Assembly (NCBI GenBank): GCA_035703635.1
Contig: DASSXV010000010.1
Location: forward strand, 1 to 64,000
Reading direction: 5' to 3'
Source of the DNA: Trueperaceae bacterium
GTDB taxonomy: Bacteria; Deinococcota; Deinococci; Deinococcales; Trueperaceae
DNA length: 64,000 bases
The position numbers and the translations under genes were made by a program. A model generated the notes under the pieces. The model had not been told where the DNA came from and did no database searches. It saw only the letters and a list, made by a program, of their open reading frames with translations. Positions 30,921 to 40,445 of this stretch are shown one piece after another (the stretch's first letter is position 1; every line of letters begins with the position of its first letter).

Positions 30921-32083
30921 TGCGCAGACCACGTCGTTACGCCATCGTTGCGCTACTCGTTCTCACCGCTGCTCTCGTCACTCTCACGGTCTCGGCCGCG
31001 CTGCGCGACAGCACGCCTCCGCAGCTTTACGTCGAGGCGCCCGCCCGCTTAGCGGTCGGGGCGCCCCTCGGCTTGTTCGTTAGCGCCGACGAGCCGGTAA
31101 CCTACACCCTCGAGTACGGCGGCGAGCGCCACGAACTCATAGAGCAAGACGCCACCTTCACGGTGCCAGCGCTAGCTGGCGCCCAGCTCGCGAGCCTGAG
31201 CGCAGTCGACGGCGCTGGCAACGAGACGCTGCACGAGTCTCTGATCGTAGGGGTGCCCACTCTCGAACCCGTGCTGCAAGTCGCCGAGATCGTCACTTCG
31301 GGAGACCCGATCGGCCTGCACGTCCTAGCGCTGCCTGCGGCAGACGCCGACCCCGTCACCAACGCCAAGGTGACAGACATCAGCCTGCAAGTGAACGGTG
31401 CCGCCATCCCGCTACGTCAGGAAGGCGCGGCTTACCGCGGCATGCTCGCCAGCCCGATGACGGTCGATGACAGCACCATCGAAGCGCACCTCACGGTGGT
31501 AGACGAGTTCGCTAGGCGTTACGACGTGACCACGCCGATAGTGCTCGAGCCGCTACCCGTCGCGGTTGAGCAGCTCAGGTTGTCGGCGGCCACACTCTCG
31601 GTGATCACCCCAGAGGGCCGTACGCTAGAGGCCGAGACCAGCGCACGCATCCTGGCTGGCGCCAACCCGGACCCGCTATGGACCGCACCGTTCATCATGC
31701 CGATCGAGGGCGTGTCTACCAGTGGCTTTGGGGACGCCAGACGCTACGAACAGGGCGGTCCCGCCTCCTTCCACTACGGCCTCGACCTCGCCGCTCCGCA
31801 AGGCACGCCCATCCACGCGACCAACGACGGCGTCGTAGTGGTGGCTGGCGCGTACCCCATCAAGGGTGGGTGGGTGGCGATCGACCACGGTGACGGCCTC
31901 ATCAGCCACTACTTTCACATGTGGCAAGTCGACGCCGTTGTTGGCCAGCAAGTGCACCGCGGCGACGTCATCGGCTTCGTCGGAACTACCGGGCTCTCGA
32001 CTGGCCCGCACCTCCATTGGGAGATGCGCGTGCGGGGCGCGGCGAGCAACCCCTTCGCCTGGGTAGGCAAGACCTACCCGTGA
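30920..32083 (+). CDS. M23 family metallopeptidase with N-terminal anchor
   Basis: Hydrophobic N-terminus, HYGLD (HxxxD), GPHLHWE (HxH). Confidence 0.9.
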   Translation: MRRPRRYAIVALLVLTAALVTLTVSAALRDSTPPQLYVEAPARLAVGAPLGLFVSADEPVTYTLEYGGERHELIEQDATFTVPALAGAQLASLSAVDGAGNETLHESLIVGVPTLEPVLQVAEIVTSGDPIGLHVLALPAADADPVTNAKVTDISLQVNGAAIPLRQEGAAYRGMLASPMTVDDSTIEAHLTVVDEFARRYDVTTPIVLEPLPVAVEQLRLSAATLSVITPEGRTLEAETSARILAGANPDPLWTAPFIMPIEGVSTSGFGDARRYEQGGPASFHYGLDLAAPQGTPIHATNDGVVVVAGAYPIKGGWVAIDHGDGLISHYFHMWQVDAVVGQQVHRGDVIGFVGTTGLSTGPHLHWEMRVRGAASNPFAWVGKTYP

Positions 32084-33678
32084 ACCGGGCGCAGCGCCGA
32101 GGTCGCGGGTTGGCCTTGGGCCTAGCCCTTACTGGCACGCTGATCGGTCAGGCCATAGCGGGCGTGCCCCTCCAGGCACCTGCCATGCCAGCCGGCACGC
32201 TGCCGTGGAACGAAGTCGTCTGGTACGAGGTGTTCGTGCGCTCGTTCCAGGACTCAGACGCCGACGGGGTTGGTGATCTTCGCGGTGTTACCCAGCGCCT
32301 GCCATACCTGGCCGACCTCGGAGTAGGCGGACTGTGGCTGATGCCGACGTACCCAAGCCCGAGCTACCACGGCTACGACGTCACCGATTACCTCGCCGTA
32401 AACCCGGACTACGGCACGGCGGAGGACCTACGCACTTTGATCGGGGAGGCACACGCCCTCGGCATCCGGGTGATCCTTGACTTCGTCCCGAACCACAGCT
32501 CGTCACAACACCCATGGTTCATCGCCGCCGCCGCTGGCGACCCGGCCTACCGCGACTACTACCGTTTCGAGGCCGATCCGGCGCCCATCCGCGGGACGCG
32601 TGGCGGGAGCGCCTGGCACGCAACGGGTGCGGGCACGAGTTACCTCGGGCTCTTCTCGGAGCGCATGCCGGACCTGAACCTGGCCTACTCCGCCGTCACC
32701 GCCGAGTTACAGCGCGCGGCGTACTTCTGGCTCGAGCTTGAGGTCGACGGGTTCCGCGTCGACGCCATCCAGCACCTCATCGAGGGCGCGGACGGGCAGA
32801 TCTCGAACACGCCGGCAACCTACGCCTGGGTGGGCGAGTTCGAGGCCTTCCTTCACGAGGTTGCGCCACACGCCTTCCTGGTCGGGGAGACGTGGACGGA
32901 GATGCCGGCCATCGTGCGCTACCACGAGGAGTCAGGCCTCGACATGTCGTTCGACTACCCGCTCTGGAAGGTCGTGCTCGCCGCCCTGCAGTCCCGCAGC
33001 GCGGCCGACCTGGCGTTCACGCTGGAGCAGGAGCAGGCGCTCTACCCGGCTGGCGCCGTGCGCGGGACCTTCCTCTCCAACCACGATCAGACGCGGCACG
33101 CCACCAGGCTGTCGCTACCACGGCGAGACGAGGCGCGCCTGAAGCTCGCGGCTGGCCTCCTCCTCACCCTGCCGGGGACGCCGTTCCTCTACTACGGTGA
33201 GGAGATCGGCATGCCTGACGGCCCCGGAGCGTTCGACGTCGAGAAGCGCACCCCGATGCGCTGGGAGGCGGAGGCCGTGGACGGTACCTTCGGCTTCAGC
33301 GCGGCCCAGCCGTGGACCGACCCAGGCGCCGCCCTGACCGGCGTCAGCGTGGCGGAGCAGGCGGCAGACCCAGGTTCGCTCCTCAATCACTACCGCCGGC
33401 TGCTGGCGCTGCGCAACGCCAGCCCGGCCCTGCGCTCGAGCGAGTGGCGCGTACTGCAGACCCCATCGCGCGCCGTGCTCGCCGTCGAGCGCCTGGGGGC
33501 CGGCGGGGAGCGCTTGATCGTCATGGCTAACCTAGGCACCCGCGCCGTTACCTTCGCGCAAGGGGAACTACCCGAGGTTGACGCGGTCGACCTCGTCGGC
33601 GGTGAGGCCGTTCCAACCGATGCGGCTGGAGGCGTGCAGCTTCCAGGCCTTGCCCTCTACGTGCTCCGCGTCCGGTGA
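32080..33678 (+). CDS. Secreted GH13 alpha-amylase family glycosidase
   Basis: Signal-like N-terminus from GTG 32080; YEVFVRSFQDS, SYHGYDVTDY, GFRVDAIQH, VGETW, FLSNHDQ. Confidence 0.9.
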   Translation: MNRAQRRGRGLALGLALTGTLIGQAIAGVPLQAPAMPAGTLPWNEVVWYEVFVRSFQDSDADGVGDLRGVTQRLPYLADLGVGGLWLMPTYPSPSYHGYDVTDYLAVNPDYGTAEDLRTLIGEAHALGIRVILDFVPNHSSSQHPWFIAAAAGDPAYRDYYRFEADPAPIRGTRGGSAWHATGAGTSYLGLFSERMPDLNLAYSAVTAELQRAAYFWLELEVDGFRVDAIQHLIEGADGQISNTPATYAWVGEFEAFLHEVAPHAFLVGETWTEMPAIVRYHEESGLDMSFDYPLWKVVLAALQSRSAADLAFTLEQEQALYPAGAVRGTFLSNHDQTRHATRLSLPRRDEARLKLAAGLLLTLPGTPFLYYGEEIGMPDGPGAFDVEKRTPMRWEAEAVDGTFGFSAAQPWTDPGAALTGVSVAEQAADPGSLLNHYRRLLALRNASPALRSSEWRVLQTPSRAVLAVERLGAGGERLIVMANLGTRAVTFAQGELPEVDAVDLVGGEAVPTDAAGGVQLPGLALYVLRVR

Positions 33679-33754
33679 CGGCGCGTACGCTGGCCGTCGG
33701 CCCTGGCCAGCGCCGCTGCCCCCGCCGCCGGGCGGCCCCGTATACTTGGCCCTT

Positions 33755-34768
33755 ATGAGCAAAACTCCCCCCGCTGCCAAGCCGCGCGTCTTCTCAGGCG
33801 TGCAACCCACCGGCTCCCTTCACCTAGGCAACTACGTGGGAGCGCTGCAGCAGTGGGTGGCGCAGCAGCACGAACGCGACAGCATCTTCTGCGTCGTCGA
33901 CCTGCACGCCCTCACCGTCCCGGAGGAGGTCGAGCCGGCACGCCTACGCGAACAGGTGCGCAGCGCCGCCGCCATCTACTTCGCGGTCGGGATCGAGCCG
34001 GAGAGCAACGTGGTCTTCGTGCAGTCCGCCGTGCGCGAACACAGCGAGCTGACGTGGCTCCTCAACTGCGTAACGCCGCTCGGTTGGCTCTACCGCATGA
34101 CGCAGTTCAAGTCGAAGTCGGAGGGGCGCGAGAGCGTCGGGACGGGCCTACTCGACTACCCAGTGCTGATGGCGGCCGATATCCTCCTGTACGACACCGT
34201 GACGGTGCCCGTCGGCGAGGACCAAGTTCAGCACATCGAACTGACTCGCGACGTCGCGCAGCGCTTCAACAACCTCTTCGGCGACGTCTTCGTCGTGCCG
34301 AAAGCGCAGATCCCCACCGTTGGCGCGCGCGTGATGGGCCTCGACGAACCGACCGTAAAGATGTCGAAGAGCCTCGCCGTTCACAGGCCCGGCCACGCCA
34401 TCAACCTCCTGGACGACCCCGCGACGGTCAAGAAGGCCGTGATGAGCGCTGTCACAGACTCTGGGCGCGAACTGCGCTTCGAGCACGCCTCGCCCGGCGT
34501 ACGCAACCTCCTCGCCATCTACCAGGTGCTGACAAAGAAGTCAGCTGAGGACATCGAAGCCGAGTTCGACGGCGCAGGCTATGGGCACCTCAAGAAGGCC
34601 GTGGTGGAGGTGATCGTCTCTACCCTCGAGCCCATCCAGGCGCGCTACCACGAGTACATGAACGACCGCGCGCAGCTAGAAGCGTTGCTAACCGGTGGTG
34701 CCGAGAAGGCGCGCGCGATCGCTGACGGCACCATGCGGCGCGTGCGGGACGCCATGGGGGTGAGCTAA
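33755..34768 (+). CDS. trpS: Tryptophan--tRNA ligase
   Basis: FSGVQPTG.LHLGNY, YPVLMAADI, VPVGEDQ, KMSKS. Confidence 0.97.
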   Translation: MSKTPPAAKPRVFSGVQPTGSLHLGNYVGALQQWVAQQHERDSIFCVVDLHALTVPEEVEPARLREQVRSAAAIYFAVGIEPESNVVFVQSAVREHSELTWLLNCVTPLGWLYRMTQFKSKSEGRESVGTGLLDYPVLMAADILLYDTVTVPVGEDQVQHIELTRDVAQRFNNLFGDVFVVPKAQIPTVGARVMGLDEPTVKMSKSLAVHRPGHAINLLDDPATVKKAVMSAVTDSGRELRFEHASPGVRNLLAIYQVLTKKSAEDIEAEFDGAGYGHLKKAVVEVIVSTLEPIQARYHEYMNDRAQLEALLTGGAEKARAIADGTMRRVRDAMGVS

Positions 34769-34808
34769 CGCTCAGCGCGCGCCCCGTGCCAGAGGGTGGT
34801 GCTGGCGC

Positions 34809-35717
34809 ATGAAGGCGAGCGCCAGCGTGATCTTCGTGTTCCTTGACGGCGTTGGTCTAGGCGCCAACGACCCAGTGACCAACCCGCTCGCCAGCGCAAC
34901 GATGCCTTACCTCACGGAGCTTCTGGGCGGGCGCCTAACGCGTGAGCTCCCAGACGTCACGAAACCCGACCTCGTGTTCCGCCAGCTCGACGCCACCCTT
35001 GGAGTGGACGGACTGCCGCAGTCGGCGACCGGGCAGACGACGCTTCTCACAGGCGTCAACGGGGCGGCGGCGATGGGTCGTCACTACGGACCGTGGCCCG
35101 GCCCGACCCTCAAGGCTGTCATCGCGCAAGGTACGCTCTTCGACCGCGCCAAGGAGCTGCATGGCGCGGTGCTGGCGAACGCCTACCCGCCCCAGTACTT
35201 CGCTGCCATGGGCGGCAGGCGCTACCGGCCTAACGCACCGGTCGTGGCTGCCACGGCTGCCGGCACTGAACTTCGCGACCTCGACGCGTACCGCGCCGGC
35301 CTCGCCGTCGGTCCGGACATCGACGGTGCGCGGCTCGTGCGCCTCAGTCCAGACTTGCCTCCGCAAGGCGTGGCCGGAACCGCCGCCGCGCTGATGCGGC
35401 TAGCGCACTCCGCGTCGTTCGTGTTCTTCGACGTATGGCCAACCGATGCCCTCGGACACGCTAGGGATTTCGAGGGGGCCGTCAAACTCCTCGGACTAGT
35501 CGACGGGCTCCTCAGCCGCATCTTCGGCGCCGACGTGACGGTGGTGGTCACTTCCGACCACGGCAACCTCGAGGACGTCTCGTCTGGCCAACACACCCTC
35601 AACAAGGTGCCGCTGCTGGTCAGTGGACGCGGCGCAGCGGCCTTCGTCGCTGCCAAGTCGCTCCTTGACGTCGCGCCAGCCATCCGGCGCGTGTGGGAGC
35701 AGGCTGAGGACGCCTAA
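34809..35717 (+). CDS. Alkaline-phosphatase-superfamily metalloenzyme (phosphoglycerate mutase/phosphopentomutase-like)
   Basis: FLDGVG, PQSATGQ, TDALGH, TSDHGN, HT metal-ligand motifs. Confidence 0.8.
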   Translation: MKASASVIFVFLDGVGLGANDPVTNPLASATMPYLTELLGGRLTRELPDVTKPDLVFRQLDATLGVDGLPQSATGQTTLLTGVNGAAAMGRHYGPWPGPTLKAVIAQGTLFDRAKELHGAVLANAYPPQYFAAMGGRRYRPNAPVVAATAAGTELRDLDAYRAGLAVGPDIDGARLVRLSPDLPPQGVAGTAAALMRLAHSASFVFFDVWPTDALGHARDFEGAVKLLGLVDGLLSRIFGADVTVVVTSDHGNLEDVSSGQHTLNKVPLLVSGRGAAAFVAAKSLLDVAPAIRRVWEQAEDA

Positions 35718-36901
35718 GCCAGGCCGAGGATGATTATCAGCGCCTCGTACCAAGCGCCAACGAGCAGCAAGACGCCTGCGATGGGCAGCATGAGCAGTAA
35801 CTTGCGGAAGCCGCGCAAGAACTTACCTGGCGCTCCGCGCCTGACGACGGTGGCGAGCAGCATGCCGCCGCCAGCCACGACCAGGAAGTAGGACGTCAGT
35901 TCGAGCACCAAGAGGATGAGCAGCAAGAGGATGTAGAACGGCCCGCCAGAAGCGAGCAGGCCGAACGGCACGCCCTGCGTGAAGAAGGACGCCGCCGCGA
36001 ACAAGTAGGCTGGCACGCCGAAGAGGGCGGCAAGCGGGAAGGTAACGGAAGTGGTTACCACCCCGAAGTTCTGGAAGTAGGTGGTGGCCGCGGCGCGCAC
36101 GACGTTACCGCTGCCGTACGCCTGCGTTGCACCGACGCTGCCGATGGCGGCGTTGATGACGTCTAGCACCGCCTGCTCGCATTCCGCAGGCAGGGTCGTT
36201 CCGACGTAGGCGCCCAACGCGAAGAGGGCGTAGAGGCCGATCAGCGTGACGGCGACCAGGCGCCGGTGCTCCTTGATGGCGGCCATACCCGCTACCAACC
36301 AGCGGCGAATAGGTGAACCGGGGCGGAGGAGCGCGAGCAGCACGAGTAGCGAGAAGGCGACGAACACCCAGCCAGCCGCTGGCGTCTGCAGCCACGCGCG
36401 CACACCAGTCGGTTGGTTCTGGTTGAGGAAGCCGACGTACGAGGGCGTCCACGTGCCGCCGCTCCGCTGCATGACGACTTCTACGACGTCGAGCTGGTTC
36501 CCTGGCCTGACGGCTGCGTACGTGAAGCGCCTAACGTCGGGGTCGGCGCTTGGATGCTCGATGCGGTCCTCGACGCGCACTTCCGTGCCTGGCACGGGTC
36601 CGGGGTTGACGACTATCGCGGGTAGTTCCCGACATAGTTGCGCAGGGTCGAGGCCGATCAGGTAATCAAGGGAGGCGGCAGGTCGCGCGAGCCACGCCTT
36701 GACGGCGGCGTCCGCCTCTGCTGGCACGGTGTCAGCGGAAGCCATCGGTGTTGGAGACCCTTGCGCGGTGGCGCCTGGAGTTTCGTTCGGTGTCGCGACG
36801 TCGGCGGGTTCTTGGGCGAACGCGAACCCAGTTAGTAGCGCCAGCAGCAAGAGTAAGTTGACGATCTGACGTGGGTTGCGGGCGGGACGGGATTGCACCA
36901 T
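35714..36901 (-). CDS. Membrane protein, SpoIIM/DUF95-like C-terminal domain
   Basis: Signal peptide (LLTGFAFAQ), soluble domain, then multiple TMs with YFQN, LELTSYF, AWYE. Confidence 0.65.
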   Translation of the reverse strand: MVQSRPARNPRQIVNLLLLLALLTGFAFAQEPADVATPNETPGATAQGSPTPMASADTVPAEADAAVKAWLARPAASLDYLIGLDPAQLCRELPAIVVNPGPVPGTEVRVEDRIEHPSADPDVRRFTYAAVRPGNQLDVVEVVMQRSGGTWTPSYVGFLNQNQPTGVRAWLQTPAAGWVFVAFSLLVLLALLRPGSPIRRWLVAGMAAIKEHRRLVAVTLIGLYALFALGAYVGTTLPAECEQAVLDVINAAIGSVGATQAYGSGNVVRAAATTYFQNFGVVTTSVTFPLAALFGVPAYLFAAASFFTQGVPFGLLASGGPFYILLLLILLVLELTSYFLVVAGGGMLLATVVRRGAPGKFLRGFRKLLLMLPIAGVLLLVGAWYEALIIILGLA

Positions 36902-36980
36902 TCACTCCTGTGGCCGCCGTGGCGGGAACGGCGCCAGCATACCGCCTTGGCCAAGACGGGAGTCGTAGACTTGCCCGAGT

Positions 36981-37487
36981 ATGCGCCTCAAGCCCACCGT
37001 CTGGTACTTGAACGCCGCACACCGCACCTTGCTGGCGGCGGTGCCTGCGTTGGCGCGGCCGGATGACGCTTGGGCGAGCGCTTACCTTACTAGCCGAGAG
37101 TTCGCGCTGTTCGTGAGCCTGCCTGCACAGGAGCGGGCTCACGGTGTCGAGGTGGCACGGCGCCTGCTGCGGCGCAGGCCGCGGGCTACCTCCGAGCTGA
37201 TCGCCGCGGCCTTGCTTCACGACGTTGGCAAGCTTGGGACCCCGCAGGGCGCGTTGTGGCGCGTCCTCACCCACCTCTTGCCGCACGCGGGTGCCGCGCG
37301 TAGTGCGCCGCGGCTGCGTGGCCTGGCCGGTGCGCGCCAGGCGCGCGCGCACCACGCGACGTACGGCGCCGAACTGTTGAGAGACGCGGGGTCGTCTGCG
37401 CGCGTCGTCGCCCTCGTGGAGGGTCACCACTCAGCCGCCGGCGACCCAGACCTCAGGCTGTTGCAGGAGTGCGATGAGCGCACCTGA
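36981..37487 (+). CDS. HD-domain phosphohydrolase-like protein
   Basis: RAHG, ALLHDVGK, HHATYGA, EGHH, C-terminal D. Confidence 0.8.
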   Translation: MRLKPTVWYLNAAHRTLLAAVPALARPDDAWASAYLTSREFALFVSLPAQERAHGVEVARRLLRRRPRATSELIAAALLHDVGKLGTPQGALWRVLTHLLPHAGAARSAPRLRGLAGARQARAHHATYGAELLRDAGSSARVVALVEGHHSAAGDPDLRLLQECDERT

Positions 37488-38772
37488 AGTCGAGGCCACT
37501 CCGCACCTCGACTGGCTCTTCGCCCTGCAACGCTTCGGGATCAAGCCGGGCTTGGGGTCAATGAAGGCTCTCCTCGCGGACCTAGGTTCGCCGCAGGTGG
37601 GCCTGCGCAACGTGCTGGTGGCGGGAACGAACGGCAAGGGGAGCGCTGCGCGCGCGCTTGCCGCCTGCCTGGCGGAGGGCGGCGAGGTAGCGGGCCTGTA
37701 CACGAGCCCTCACTTGCAGCACGTCGGCGAGCGCGTGCGAGTCGCGGGCGTGGCGACGCCAGACGCCGCGCTGGACGAACTCCTCGGGCGGGCGCGGCCG
37801 GCTGCGGAGCGTAACGGGAACACCTTCTTCGAGGTCATCACCGCCGTCGCCCTGCTGCGCTTCGCCGAAGCTGGGGTGAGCACTGCCGTGCTCGAGGTTG
37901 GACTCGGGGGGCGCCTGGACGCCACGAACGCGGTCGAGCCCGCCCTGAGCGTGATCACGTCGGTGGCGCTCGATCACACGGCCGTCCTCGGCCATACCTT
38001 GGAGCTGATCGCCGGCGAGAAAGCCGGCATCATGCGCCCACTCGTGCCCGTGCTATCCGGCGTCTGCGAGGCCGGGCCCACCGCGGTGATCGCGCGGCAG
38101 GCGGCCGAGCTCGGAGCGCCCCTCAGCCAGTACGGCGGTGATTTCTGGGGCTCGGATGTCGACGTCGCATGGGAAGGGACCTCGTTCACCTGGCGCCACC
38201 CAGGGGCCGAATGCGACGGCGTTAGAGTCTCCTCGCCGCTCGTCGGCCGTCACCAAGTAGGGAACCTTGCCTTGGCGTTGGAGGCGGCGACCGCCCTTGG
38301 AGTGCCGCTGCAGGCGGCCTTGGCAGGAGTGGCGGCTGCGAGTTGGCCTGGGCGGCTCGAGTCGTTCTCGTGGAACGACCGCAGGGTCGTCCTGGACGGC
38401 GCGCATAACCCCGCCGCCGCCGCCGCGCTTGCCGCCGCCATCGGTGAGCTGACCGGTGGCGTGGCGCTGCTCGTCTTCGGCGCGTCGGCAGACAAGGACG
38501 TGGCTGGCGTCACCCACCTGCTCGCCCCCCTAGCAGAACGCGTAGTCGTCACGCGTGCGGCGCGCAGCCCACGCGCGATGGAGCCAAGCGCGCTTGCCGC
38601 GTTGGTACCTGGCGCCTCGGTAAGCTCCGATCCGGCCAGCGCGCTGCGGGCCGCACGAGAACTCACTCAGCCTGGTGACACCATCGTGGTGGCGGGCAGC
38701 CTCTTCTTGGTGGGTGAGGTGCGCGACTTGCTCACTGGCGGCGCTGTGGAGAACCGGCTTCACTGGCAGTGA
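37474..38772 (+). CDS. folC: Folylpolyglutamate synthase/dihydrofolate synthase
   Basis: VAGTNGKGS, YTSPHL, LEVGLGGRLDATN, WPGRLE, LDGAHNP, GSLFLVG. Confidence 0.96.
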   Translation: MSAPEVEATPHLDWLFALQRFGIKPGLGSMKALLADLGSPQVGLRNVLVAGTNGKGSAARALAACLAEGGEVAGLYTSPHLQHVGERVRVAGVATPDAALDELLGRARPAAERNGNTFFEVITAVALLRFAEAGVSTAVLEVGLGGRLDATNAVEPALSVITSVALDHTAVLGHTLELIAGEKAGIMRPLVPVLSGVCEAGPTAVIARQAAELGAPLSQYGGDFWGSDVDVAWEGTSFTWRHPGAECDGVRVSSPLVGRHQVGNLALALEAATALGVPLQAALAGVAAASWPGRLESFSWNDRRVVLDGAHNPAAAAALAAAIGELTGGVALLVFGASADKDVAGVTHLLAPLAERVVVTRAARSPRAMEPSALAALVPGASVSSDPASALRAARELTQPGDTIVVAGSLFLVGEVRDLLTGGAVENRLHWQ

Positions 38773-39409
38773 CTTCACTAGCCTTGGCCTTGGGCGCGTT
38801 GCGCCAGGCCAACAAGTGCTTCAGGAGCACGATGGCCACGATAGGCAGCACCCCGGTCACCACGGCGAAGCTATCCTCGCGCGGCCAACCGCTGCGGTCG
38901 AGCGTCAGCAGGGCGAGGAACGGGTACGCCAGCATGGTGATGATCGCGGCGAGGCCCGCGCGCCTCACGATGAGGTAGAGCGCCACGATCAGGATGAGCG
39001 CGGCCAGCCCGACCTGCGGGTAGAGCGGCAACGACACGCCTAGCGTGGTGGCTAGCGCCTTGCCGCCCCTGAAGCCGACGAACATCGAGAAGGCGTGCCC
39101 CAGGACGGCGCCGAAGCCTGCCACCAACGGCGCTGCTAGCGCGGGCGCTTCGACGCCAGGCGTGTTGGCGGCTGAGGCCGCCGCTATGAAGAGCCCGAGG
39201 TAGGTGGCGAGCGCACCCTTGGCGACGTCAAGCGCGAGCACCAGTACGCCCAAGCCGAGCGTCAGGTTGCGCGCGGTGTTCATGGCGCCCATGTTGCCTG
39301 ACCCCAAACTGAACACGTCCTTGCCCCGCGCCCGTGCGATCCAGGCGGCGGTCGGCACCGAACCGACCAGGTAGCCAACCGCGAGTGCGGCCAGGAGCTC
39401 AACCAGCAT
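38732..39409 (-). CDS. plsY: Glycerol-3-phosphate acyltransferase
   Basis: YLVGSVP, GSGNMGAMN, DVAKG, GHAFS...FRGGKALAT; start ATG 39409. Confidence 0.92.
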   Translation of the reverse strand: MLVELLAALAVGYLVGSVPTAAWIARARGKDVFSLGSGNMGAMNTARNLTLGLGVLVLALDVAKGALATYLGLFIAAASAANTPGVEAPALAAPLVAGFGAVLGHAFSMFVGFRGGKALATTLGVSLPLYPQVGLAALILIVALYLIVRRAGLAAIITMLAYPFLALLTLDRSGWPREDSFAVVTGVLPIVAIVLLKHLLAWRNAPKAKASEVTASEAGSPQRRQ

Positions 39410-40133
39410 GCGATGCGGCCAGTTGCTCACGCGCCGCTGCGAAGCTGCGTAGGTCACGCACGTGGTAAGCCACGTACGCTTCCAGCATGCGCCAAAGCTG
39501 CTCGCGGTGGTGGTAAGCGTTCGCCAACGCCGCCGACATGCTGCCCGCCACCAAGAGCCGCAACTCCGTAACGGCCTGCGGGGCCAGCGCGTGGCCACTG
39601 CGGCAGGCGTCGCACGTGAGGCCGCCTGCCTGGAGGTCGAAGGCGACGAACGGCTCCGGCGCACCGCAGGAAACACACGCCTGCACGCGCGGCGCCAGTC
39701 CGGCAACGTCAAGGAGCCGCCAGGCGTAGAGGAGGGCAACGAGGTCTGGATCGTCGTGCCGCGCTAACCCCCGCAGGGCGGAGGTCAAGTAGTCGTAAAC
39801 CCTCGCTTCGAGGTGCAGGTCGACGGTTAGCGCGTCAGCTAGTTCAGACAGGAGGTGCGCGTAAGGGTAGACGGTCGTCATACTGAGGCCAGCGAGCGCC
39901 CCGTTCAGCTGGACTTGTGTGAGGAGCGCTAGGTCCTCCTCCTGGCGCCGGTAGTACTGGACGGTGACGTCGTGGAAGAGCGAGAGCCTGCCAAGGTTGC
40001 CGCCCGGCAGGGTGCCCTTGCGCGCAACGGCGCGCCACTTGCCCTGCCGACCGAGGAGCGTCACGACGATGTCTCCAGACGGCAGCGCCTGCCGCTTGAT
40101 GACTAGCCCGTCGCTAACGGTGTAGCGTTTCAC
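39399..40133 (-). CDS. recO: DNA repair protein RecO
   Basis: OB-fold N-terminus (DIVVTLL..GK.RAVARKG), CVSCG...CDAC zinc motif. Confidence 0.9.
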   Translation of the reverse strand: MKRYTVSDGLVIKRQALPSGDIVVTLLGRQGKWRAVARKGTLPGGNLGRLSLFHDVTVQYYRRQEEDLALLTQVQLNGALAGLSMTTVYPYAHLLSELADALTVDLHLEARVYDYLTSALRGLARHDDPDLVALLYAWRLLDVAGLAPRVQACVSCGAPEPFVAFDLQAGGLTCDACRSGHALAPQAVTELRLLVAGSMSAALANAYHHREQLWRMLEAYVAYHVRDLRSFAAAREQLAASHAG

Positions 40134-40142
40134 TCCTCAAGT

Positions 40143-40445
40143 CTAGCGCCCTTGGTGCCACACCACGACCGCCGGGGCTGACACGCTCCGCAGGGTGGCC
40201 GTCACCCCGACGGGGAACGCGAGCGCGTCACCGTGGCGTAGCACGCGGAACGCTCCAAGGGCGAGGTCGACGATGACCTCGCCGCTCAGCACGAGCACCC
40301 AACGCTCCTCGCTGCCGTCTAGCTCGTGAGGCGCGAGCAGCCGTTGCACCGCGAACGGCCCGCCAGGCACGGCGATGGCCGCACCTGCAGCCGAACTGGC
40401 AAGAGCAGGTAGGTTGAGCGCCCTGCCTGGGGCGGCTTTGCTCAA
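40143..40445 (-). CDS. Small cupin-like protein
   Basis: WVLVLSGEVIVDL...LRHGDALAFP beta-barrel pattern; coupled to topA stop. Confidence 0.6.
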   Translation of the reverse strand: MSKAAPGRALNLPALASSAAGAAIAVPGGPFAVQRLLAPHELDGSEERWVLVLSGEVIVDLALGAFRVLRHGDALAFPVGVTATLRSVSAPAVVVWHQGR